The notes under the pieces: model-generated
Databases searched by the model: none
Told to the model about the DNA's origin: nothing
What the model saw: only the letters and a program-made list of their open reading frames with translations
Made by a program: the position numbers and the translations under genes
Part shown: positions 55,505 through 64,000 of the stretch, in pieces
How the letters are laid out: each line of letters starts with the position of its first letter
How positions within the stretch are numbered: position 1 is the stretch's first letter
From: Thiothrix sp.
GTDB lineage: Bacteria > Pseudomonadota > Gammaproteobacteria > Poriferisulfidales > GCA-002705445
Assembly: GCA_038141665.1 (NCBI GenBank)
Contig: JAYQIN010000002.1
Span: forward strand, 3,604 to 67,603
DNA length: 64,000 nucleotides
Direction: 5' to 3'

Positions 55505-58500
55505 ATGAGAGTTTTAAAGTATTTAATAATAACTTTAATGGCTTATTTGTTAATAAGCTTAAGTATAGCTAGATTTGTTGTATTCTATATTGATAAAATA
55601 ATTAGTATTTTACAAAACCTAATAGATAAAGCAAATTTAAATAGTGTAAAAGTTACAAATGTTGATACTAATTGGAAAGGAATATATCCATCTTTAAAAT
55701 AAATATTACTAAAAATAACGAAAATCAAAATATAAAATACCCAACAAATTTGGAATTACATCTAAATATATATAAAACAATAGTATATTTTAAACCAGTA
55801 ATAAAATCATTATATATTGAAAATGTTAGCTATGAAGGAAACTTAGCTGATTTAGAAAACATAATGAACAAAAATAAAAATTCAAAAAAAATCTTGATAG
55901 AAAATATATTAATAGGTGAATCAAATTTTAATTTTAAACATAATGATAAAATATATAAATTTAGTAAAGCAAATATTTTAATTAGAAAAAACAGTATAAA
56001 TTTATCATCTAATATAGATAAAGATAAAAAACTTAATTTAAAATAAGTAACATATTAACAGATGGCAATAATAATTTAGAAAAAATAGATTATAAAATAG
56101 ATATTTTAGGAAAACTTAATTATAAATTTAATAAAATTTTAAAAATAAAAAACCTTGAGATAAATAATTCTGAATTATCAGTAAAACTTCATGGAAAATA
56201 CAAAGAGGTTATTTTAAAATAATTTTTTATCTATAAAAACATTAAAAAATTCAAATTTTCAGATACATGAAAGCACAATAAAAAAATTAATTTCAAAGTA
56301 TTATTATCTGGTGATATTAAAAATATAATAAATTTTGAAATTATTAATTATTCATCAGAATCAAAGAATAATTATCTTTATGAATTCAAAAATATATCAG
56401 GATCATATAATTATAAAAATGAAACTTTTCATTATATGCTAATAATATTAATGTTAATACTGAAGAATTGTTTGAAGATTATGATTTTATGAAAATAAAT
56501 GATTTCAAATTTATAGGTAGTGCAGAAAAACTCAAGATTAAATTCTCAAGAAAAAAAAATTTAAATAATTTTTTTTTAGAAGGAAATTTTAATAATTCTT
56601 CTATCCAGTATAAAAAAAATTATATAAATAATTTTACAGGTTTTATAAATTTTAAAGATAATACAGCTAATGTTTATTTAAATTCTAAAAATATAGAAAT
56701 ATATAATAATTCTATATTGAATAAAAAAATAAAATTTAATTTTATACGTGGAAAATTATCTGTTATAAATTTTAATAATTTAAACATCTCTTTTGATGAA
56801 GTTCAATTGTCAAACAATGATATTGATTTCACTGTTTCTGGAAATATAAATAAAGCTCTTGATACTGTAAATATTTTTACACACCTGAAATATATTGATA
56901 TGAGGCATATAACGAATTATTTGCCAAAAGAATTCATGAGTAAAAAAACCTCTAGTTATTTTAGTAAGCCTTTGTAGAAGGTGAAACAAAAAATGGTTAT
57001 ATATCTATAAATGGGAGTCTGTCTGGTTATCCATTTTATGATGATTTTTCAGGCATTTCATATGCTATTTTTCCTATAAATAACTTGTTTGTAGACTATA
57101 AAAAAATTGGATTCCTTTTGAAAATATTAAATGGTATTGCTTATTTTAAAAACAGAAAAGCATATTTTGATATCTGATGATTTTGAAGTTTTGAATACAA
57201 AAGTTGAAAACTCAAATTTATATATTAATGATGTTAAAAACACTGTACTTGAAATTTCTGGAGATTTAAATGGTCCATTAAATGATTTAATAATTTACTC
57301 AAATAAAGCAAAATTATCTGATATAAAAAAAAATAATATAGATAAATTATCAGGAAGCGCAAATACAAGTTTTAATATGAGTCTCGCTTTTAATGGAAAC
57401 AAAAATTCTTACAAAAGTGCTATAGACTTAAATAATGTAAATTACAAATATAATAACAATAATAAATTTAAGAATATAAATGGGATTATAAAATTCGAGA
57501 ATAATAAATTTTTTACAGATAGAAATAATTATTTAGAAGGTTTTTACAATGATTCTAAAATTAAATTTGAATTAAAGACAAATAGCGATAGAAATTTCAT
57601 TGTCTCTGGAACACAGGAAGTTCAACCTAAAAAATATATAAAAATTGATAGTATAAATAATATTATTTCGGGAAGCTCAAAATGGAATTATCAAATATAC
57701 TTTCCTGGATTTAACAGCAAAAAAAATAACATTGAGATTTTTGCAGAATTCTAATTTATACGGTACATTAGTATATCTTCCTCATCCTCTAGAAAAATTA
57801 AGTGATTCAAAAGTAAAAACAAAAATATCTTTATCATTTAGCCAAGACAATTTTAGCAATATATCGATATCATATAATAATATTTATTCCGAAATAAAAA
57901 ATTTTAATTCTTTAAATGGTTATGTAGACTTTTCTGGAAAAAAACATAATATACCAAACGAAAAATTGGACTTGTACGGAACAATTAGTTTTCTTGATTT
58001 AGATATGTGGAAAAATTTTAGTAATAAGAAAAATGATGTAAATTATATCTCTTATTTAAATAAGATTAATATTAAAATTAATAAACTTTCAAAAGATAAA
58101 ATTATATTAAACAATTTTACTATAATTGGATCTTCTTCAAATAATGGTTTTAATTTTGATGAAATAACTTCTTTTTCGGATATAGCAGACGTTACAGCAA
58201 ACGGTTTTATTGAGAAAAATAACATTAGCACCTTTAGAATAAATTTAAAGAGTAAAAATTTGCAAAATCTTCTGGATTATTGGGATTTTGATCATAGTCT
58301 GAGAAATTCAACAATTGATAGTAATTTTGATATTTCATGGAAAGGTAGTTTGTTTGATTTCAATTTAAAAAATGTTTATGGTGAATTTTCTACAAGTATG
58401 AATGACGGAAGAATTAAAAAAGTAGGTAATAGGGTAACAAGAATATTCGGATTATTTAATATTGATCTTTTAGCAAAAAGACTGTCATTAGATTTTGACG

Positions 58501-58892
58501 ATGTGACTAAAAATGGATTTTATTTTAGTTCGTTAAATGGTGACTTTAGAATTGATAATGGTAATATTTTCACTACAAATTTATTTATAAAAGGGCCGTC
58601 TGCTGAAATGCTTGCAGTAGGAACTACTGATATTATTAACGAAACATATGATATGCATGTAGTTGCCAGCCCAGAATTTGGAGAGACGCTTCCGGCAATT
58701 GCGCTAATAGGTGGTCCAATAACCGCTGCTGCCACATTTGCAGCTGAAAAATTAGCAAAAGCTTTTGGAAAAGATATTAATGATCTTATTAAAATAAAAT
58801 ATAAAGTCTCTGGGTCATGGGATAATCCTGAGATTAAAATTATGAGTAAAAAAGCCAATGCTTTAGATAATGTAGAGGAATTATTTGAATGA
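55505..58892 (+). CDS. yhdP: YhdP/AsmA-family large envelope protein, fragmented into at least 5 ORF pieces by multiple frameshifts
   Basis: N-terminus MRVLKYLIITLMAYLLISLSIARF (signal anchor). C-terminal block NGFYFSSLNGDFRIDNGNIFTTNLFIKGPSAEMLAVGTT...GETLPAIALIGGPITAAATFAAEKLAKAFGKDINDLIKIKYKVSGSWDNPEI matches the conserved YhdP C-terminus. The pieces are at 55505-55702, 55672-56046, 56468-56977, 57131-57754 and 57732-58892. Confidence 0.65.
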
Positions 58893-59704
58893 GTGATTTT
58901 AAAGTTTCATGCATCCAGATTGCTTCTGGACCTAATATTGATGCTAATTTGTTGGAAGCAGGAAAGTACATTGAAGAATCAAAAAAGCTTGGAGCAAGTA
59001 TTGTAATTTTACCAGAAAATTTTGCAATGATGGCTGCAAGTGATACAGACTACTTAGACATAATGGAAGATTTTGGAAGCGGCAAAATTCAGGACTTTAT
59101 AAGTAAAGCAGCAAAAAATAACGATATATGGATAATTGCTGGAACCATCCCAATAAAATCAAAAAACGAAAAAAAAGTTTTTTCAACTTGCTTAGTGTTT
59201 AATGAAAAAGGGGAAATTGTTTCATCATATAATAAAATTCACTTATTTGATGTAAATTTAATTGAAACAAATGAAAAATATAATGAATCAGATATTTATC
59301 TCAACGGTGATTCAATAGTTTCTTTTGAAACACCATTTTGCAAAATTGGTTTGGCTATTTGCTATGATTTAAGATTCCCTGAATTATTTAGGGAGCTATC
59401 AAATAAGAATGTTGATTTAATATGTATGCCAGCTGCATTTACAGCAGTTACAGGAAAAGCACACTGGGAGCACTTAATAAAATCTAGGGCGATTGAAAAT
59501 TTAGTTTACTTTGCAGCTAGTGCGCAGGGAGGGTACCACGTAAGCGGAAGAGAAACTTATGGTCACTCAATGATTGTAAGCCCATGGGGAGAAACTTTAG
59601 ATATAATAAAAAATAAATCTGGAATTATAATTTCATCAATTAATCTAAAGTCTCAAAATAAACTCAGGGAAAATTTTCCATGTTTAAATCATAGAAGATG
59701 CTAA
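58889..59704 (+). CDS. carbon-nitrogen hydrolase family protein (nitrilase superfamily)
   Basis: 271 aa. E-K-C triad context (IVILPENF...; AICYDLRFPE). Commonly found downstream of yhdP in gammaproteobacteria. Confidence 0.65.
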   Translation: MSDFKVSCIQIASGPNIDANLLEAGKYIEESKKLGASIVILPENFAMMAASDTDYLDIMEDFGSGKIQDFISKAAKNNDIWIIAGTIPIKSKNEKKVFSTCLVFNEKGEIVSSYNKIHLFDVNLIETNEKYNESDIYLNGDSIVSFETPFCKIGLAICYDLRFPELFRELSNKNVDLICMPAAFTAVTGKAHWEHLIKSRAIENLVYFAASAQGGYHVSGRETYGHSMIVSPWGETLDIIKNKSGIIISSINLKSQNKLRENFPCLNHRRC

Positions 59705-60336
59705 CTGAATAATATAGGCTGGTTCAAAATTTTATCGTCTAGTAAAATTTCATTATTATTTAAACGAATTCTTTTTTCCTCAATCATTTTTAAAGTTTTA
59801 TAATATAACTTATGCTCAAATGGTAAAAGTTTCCGCGCTATTGAATTTGCATCATCTTTGTCGCTAACATGAATACTATATTGCGCAATTATAGGACCAT
59901 CATCAATATTACTTGTTACAAAATGAGTCGAACATCCATGAAATTTTTCATTATTACTAATGACTTTTTCATGAGTATTTAAACCTTTATATTTAGGTAG
60001 AAGTGAAGGGTGAATATTTATTATATTTCCATTGTAAGATTTTATTATATGATCTGGCACTTTGCTCATATAGCCACATAGTATTAGCAACTCATTTCCT
60101 TGAGGATCTAAATTTTTTTCCAAATCTAAATTATATTTTTTTGTATTATTATAAGATTTCATATCAAGAACTTTAGTCTTGAAATTATATTTCTTAAGCA
60201 TTTCTATTCCCAAAGCATCTTTATTATTACATATAATAATCTTTACTTCGAAATTTAGTTTTTTACTATTAATATGATTTATTATTGATTCTGCGTTAGA
60301 TCCTCTTCCTGATAATAGTATACTTACAGTTTTCAT
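59701..60336 (-). CDS. purN: phosphoribosylglycinamide formyltransferase
   Basis: MKTVSILLSGRGSNAESI. 211 aa. Confidence 0.85.
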   Translation of the reverse strand: MKTVSILLSGRGSNAESIINHINSKKLNFEVKIIICNNKDALGIEMLKKYNFKTKVLDMKSYNNTKKYNLDLEKNLDPQGNELLILCGYMSKVPDHIIKSYNGNIINIHPSLLPKYKGLNTHEKVISNNEKFHGCSTHFVTSNIDDGPIIAQYSIHVSDKDDANSIARKLLPFEHKLYYKTLKMIEEKRIRLNNNEILLDDKILNQPILFS

Positions 60337-60338
60337 AA

Positions 60339-61394
60339 TTAAATATTTAAATAAGAAACTTTTGGATTACCTTTTTTAGAAATTATGTTTCCTATTACTT
60401 TAGAATTAATTTTTAGATTTTTTAGTTCATTAATAATTAACTTAGCATCATTTTTGTTGCTTACTAATGTCATTCCTATACCACAATTAAAGACTCTCAA
60501 CATTTCTTTTGTGTCAATATTTCCTTTTTTTTGTATATAGGAAAAAATTTTATTTAATTTAATTTTTTTATAATCAAGTTGCGCAGATTTATTTTTAGGA
60601 AGGACCCTTGGTATATTTTCTGTGAGCCCGCCTCCTGTAATATTTGCTATAGCTTTAATCTTATAAAATGATTTAATCCTTAGAATATCTGTATATATTT
60701 TTGTTGGCTTAATTAATTGCTCACCAAGTTTTACTTTTCCAATCATATCATTTAGTTTTATTTTATTTTTATCTAGCATATTATTTATTAAAGAATATCC
60801 ATTAGAGTGAAATCCACTTGATTTAATACCAATAATAACATCGTCTTCTGTGATATTTATTTTAGGCAGCAAATCTTCTTTTTCTATTATACCTACGCAG
60901 AATCCTGCAATATCAAAATCATCTTTTTGATAAACCTTAGGCATCTCAGCTGTCTCACCCCCAATTAGTGATGTGTTACTTATTTCACAACCTTTTGCTA
61001 TTCCTTTAATAACTTCGAAACTTTTATCTTTATTTAAATTACTTGTAGAATAATAATCTAGAAAAAATAAAGGCTTAGCTCCTTGAGAAATAATATCATT
61101 TACGCACATCGCTACTAAGTCAATTCCTATCCAATTAAGTTTCTTTAGTCTTAAGGCAATTTTCAATTTGGTGCCAACGCCATCTGTTCCTGAAACTAAA
61201 ACTGGTTTTTTATAATTTAACCGAGATATATCATATAAGGCTCCAAATCCACCAATACTGCCAATAACGTTTTTATCACATGTTTTCTTGGCCAAAGGTT
61301 TTATCTTGCTGATTAATTTATCGGCATTCTCAATAGAAACTCCTGAGTTTTTATAAGTAACTTTTTGATTCTTTTGGTTATTTTTTTTTGGCAT
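60339..61394 (-). CDS. purM: phosphoribosylformylglycinamidine cyclo-ligase (AIR synthetase)
   Basis: 351 aa PurM fold. purM-purN operon order. Confidence 0.85.
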   Translation of the reverse strand: MPKKNNQKNQKVTYKNSGVSIENADKLISKIKPLAKKTCDKNVIGSIGGFGALYDISRLNYKKPVLVSGTDGVGTKLKIALRLKKLNWIGIDLVAMCVNDIISQGAKPLFFLDYYSTSNLNKDKSFEVIKGIAKGCEISNTSLIGGETAEMPKVYQKDDFDIAGFCVGIIEKEDLLPKINITEDDVIIGIKSSGFHSNGYSLINNMLDKNKIKLNDMIGKVKLGEQLIKPTKIYTDILRIKSFYKIKAIANITGGGLTENIPRVLPKNKSAQLDYKKIKLNKIFSYIQKKGNIDTKEMLRVFNCGIGMTLVSNKNDAKLIINELKNLKINSKVIGNIISKKGNPKVSYLNI

Positions 61395-61445
61395 TATATT
61401 CTCAATATCAGTTAATTTATTTTATTTTTATGTCAAAATATATAG

Positions 61446-62003
61446 ATGAATTATATACCAAATATTATAAGTGGATTAAGAATTTTATTAATACCATTTT
61501 TTGCCTTATACGTGACTTAACGAAGATTAAGACCTCGCTTTATATTTGTTTATATTTATGGGTGTATCTGATTGCATAGATGGTATATTAGCAAGATATC
61601 TAAATTGTGTGTCATTATTTGGAGCATATTTAGATGCAATTGCAGATAAAATCATGATAAATACTGCTTTTTATATTTTATGTATTACATATATACTGCC
61701 ATATTATCTTTTTGTATTAGTTATTTGTAGAGATTTAATAATTTTTGCAGGTATTATAGTAAATAATAGATTAACAAGAGTAAAGAAATGTCCCCAATAT
61801 TTTTAAGCAAGATGAATACTTTCTTTCAAATTATATTAGTGATTCATTGTATGTTATTTTTAAATAATATTTTAAGTATAGAATATATTCAGGATATTAT
61901 TAATGTGGTAATACTTACTACAATTGCAAGCACTCTTGAATATATTTTCAACTATAAGAGAAATATCATAATTAAAAATATTAAATTAACATCTGATTTA
62001 TGA
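61446..62003 (+). CDS. pgsA: CDP-alcohol phosphatidyltransferase (PgsA-like), fragmented by at least 3 frameshifts
   Basis: MNYIPNIISGLRILLIPFFALYVT, then ...TKIKTSLYICLYLWV..., then SDCIDGILARYLNCVSLFGAYLDAIADK (D-G-x2-A-R...G-x3-D-x3-D motif) lie in different frames. Confidence 0.55.
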
Positions 62004-62691
62004 ATCAATTAATACTAAAGTACCAAAAGAATGTTAAGCAAACATTTAATAATTATTATTCAGAAAACCCTGAGAATGAATTAATTTAGATAGTGTTAAA
62101 AAAATATTTAAAAATCAAAACAATCAGATTTTTATATGGGGTAATGAGTGTTCCGGAAAATCGCATATTTTATATTCAGCATGTAATTATTTTGATGAGG
62201 TTAAAATAAGATGTGTTTACTTGCCTATGAAAAATTTTATTAAATTTAATAAAGATGTTTTAGTAGGTGTAGACGAATATGATTTAGTTTGTATAGATGA
62301 TATTGATTTGATATTTGGAATCGAGGAATGGGAAAAAAGCTTTTTCTTTTTAATTAATAAAATTATTGATAATTCAAAAAAAATTATATATACATCATCG
62401 ATGAATAATACTTCAAAAAATATTAAGCTTAAAGATTTGCAGTCCAGATTAAAATGGGGATTAAATTTAAAAATTAACAATGAAAACGATCTTATTAAAG
62501 AAAAAATTTTAAAAAAAATTATTCATGAGGAGGAATACAATATTTCACCAAATGTAAGTAGCTTTCTTTTAAATAGGAAAGATAGAGATCTTTGCTCTCT
62601 AATTAAAAAAATTCATAAGTTAGGTCATCACTCGTTTTCTACTAACAAAAAAGTCAGCCTAAAAGATGTTAATAATATATTAGGTTTGTAA
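62000..62691 (+). CDS. hda: DnaA regulatory inactivator Hda, apparent frameshift around 62060-62085
   Basis: MNQLILKYQKNVKQTFNNYYSENPENELI* then, in the next frame, LDSVKKIFKNQNNQIFIWGNECSGKSHILYSACNYF...DLVCIDDIDLIFGIEEWEKSFF...RLKWGLNLKI. Colinear with E. coli Hda, which also neighbours purMN. Confidence 0.7.
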
Positions 62692-63030
62692 TCTATTTTT
62701 TTCCCTTACATATAATATACAGCTTACAAATATTGCAAAGCTTAATGATGATAATATCAAGCCCAATATTAAGGTATTTTCAGTTGCAGTGTTTCCGACT
62801 CCTATAACAAAGTATAGTAACATTACATATGATGTCATTATATAAGTGCTGAATTTATTCTTTTTGAGTTTCACCATTAGGATTAACAATGGTAGGTTGT
62901 ATAAAAATGTTGGTATTATTCTAGGAACTGTATCTGATGGACTTATTAATGAATTCCAAATAGCAATTGTAATTATTAATGCCACTAAGGATAGATAAAT
63001 GAAATATTCGAGAATGTAAATTTTCTTCAT
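62680..63030 (-). CDS. DUF2069-like small membrane protein
   Basis: Four predicted TM helices, immediately downstream of wrbA as in many proteobacteria. Start taken at the internal Met to avoid a 49-nt overlap. Confidence 0.4.
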   Translation of the reverse strand: MKKIYILEYFIYLSLVALIITIAIWNSLISPSDTVPRIIPTFLYNLPLLILMVKLKKNKFSTYIMTSYVMLLYFVIGVGNTATENTLILGLILSSLSFAIFVSCILYVREKNRLQT

Positions 63031-63605
63031 AATTTTTTTGCTAAATCCCCAATTCTCTTGCCAAAAACCATACATAATTTACTCTCTTCCTCTGATAATT
63101 TATCGTTGCCCGAAGAAAGATGGGTTGGTCCATATGGGCTACCACCTGTTTTTGTAGAATGCAGTTCTTTTTCACTATATGGTAAACCAGTAACAACCAT
63201 TCCATGATGCAATAGAGGAATCATCATAGTTATTAATGTTGTCTCTTGGCCGCCATGCATGCTTGATGTAGAAGTAAAAACCCCCGCTGGTTTTCCACTA
63301 AGACTATTATTAAACCACTCGTTTGAAGTACCATCTAAAAATATTTTCATCGATGCAGCCATATTACCAAAATGCGTTGGGGAGCCCAAAATTAAACCAT
63401 CACAATTAACCAAGTCTTCATTAGTTGCAAATAAAATATGATCACTATTTGATATTTTATTAGAATTAACATCCTCAATTTTAGGTAATGTCCTTAAAAT
63501 AGGCTCTACACCATCTATCATTTTTACACCCATAGATATCTTTTCCGCCATTTTTTTTGTTGAACCATTTTTACTATAATAAATTATTAAAACTTTTTTC
63601 ATCAT
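63027..63605 (-). CDS. wrbA: NAD(P)H:quinone oxidoreductase, WrbA-type flavodoxin-like
   Basis: MMKKVLIIYYSKNGSTKKMAEKI..., 192 aa. Confidence 0.75.
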   Translation of the reverse strand: MMKKVLIIYYSKNGSTKKMAEKISMGVKMIDGVEPILRTLPKIEDVNSNKISNSDHILFATNEDLVNCDGLILGSPTHFGNMAASMKIFLDGTSNEWFNNSLSGKPAGVFTSTSSMHGGQETTLITMMIPLLHHGMVVTGLPYSEKELHSTKTGGSPYGPTHLSSGNDKLSEEESKLCMVFGKRIGDLAKKL

Positions 63606-64000
63606 TAAAATCCTATAGGTAAGAATATTGTTGTAACAATTTTTTTTGCTGCTTTTTGAACTACTCTGCCTTCTTGAGAAGAAATTATCCTAGACATATT
63701 TTCTTGATTATTTATTAATTTTCCAAATAACCTCTCAAAACTCAAATTTATTTTGTTATCTCTAATATTATTAGTTTTTATAATCAACTCTCCATTTATT
63801 TTTGTATTACTAAGTCTCCAAACAAAAGTCTCAATATTTATGGCTGTGTTCATTAGTTTTTGAGCATCTAATTTTTTGTCTGTTAGGTAGAAATTTTTTT
63901 TATAATTATATGAGGCATTTATCATACCGTACAAACCCTTACAAATGAAATATATTCTATCTCCTGTAAAATCTTTTTGAAATCCTTTTAGTATTAAATC
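63605..64000 (-). CDS. hypothetical protein, 5' end beyond window (frame open to position 64000)
   Basis: Minus-strand frame ...DLILKGFQKDFTGDRIYFICKGLYGMINASYNYKK... is continuous to the window edge. No family recognised. Confidence 0.3.
   Translation of the reverse strand, partial: DLILKGFQKDFTGDRIYFICKGLYGMINASYNYKKNFYLTDKKLDAQKLMNTAINIETFVWRLSNTKINGELIIKTNNIRDNKINLSFERLFGKLINNQENMSRIISSQEGRVVQKAAKKIVTTIFLPIGF

Overview
This is a roughly 30% GC proteobacterial chromosome segment. Its synteny looks gamma- or beta-proteobacterial: the birA to thrU/tyrU/glyT/thrT-tufB-secE-nusG-rplKAJL-rpoBC region, the str/S10/spc/alpha ribosomal super-operon, uvrA<>ssb, miaB-ybeZ-ybeY-corC-lnt, and purMN/hda. 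The most interesting content is an approximately 10 kb block (2.4 to 12.3 kb) inserted between tRNA-Thr(UGU) and tRNA-Tyr of the conserved tRNA-tuf operon. It carries a five-gene formylmethanofuran dehydrogenase / formyltransferase-hydrolase (Fwd/Fhc-like) cluster that includes an FwdD-like subunit, immediately followed by a 7Fe-type ferredoxin and an FprA-type ferredoxin-NADP+ reductase, then an NTF2-like hypothetical, an OMP/secreted-protein pair and psiE. Distal genes at 51.3 to 54.0 kb (MfnB-like, a conserved hypothetical, and a DHPS-like pterin-binding protein) look like methanofuran/H4MPT cofactor biosynthesis, which would point to an H4MPT-linked C1 module in a streamlined AT-rich organism. 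The second striking observation is at least 20 apparent single- or two-base indels that split well-conserved genes into adjacent ORFs. Affected genes are rplJ, rpsL, rpsJ, rplW, rplP (twice), rplO, secY, rpsK, uvrA, nadD, rlmH, hda, and the yhdP-like and pgsA-like genes (several each). Long genes such as rpoB, rpoC, fusA and tuf are intact. I interpret these mostly as homopolymer-associated sequencing or assembly errors, but their distribution is non-random. All protein identifications rest on recalled motifs and alignment to E. coli or M. tuberculosis homologs. No database search could be run.
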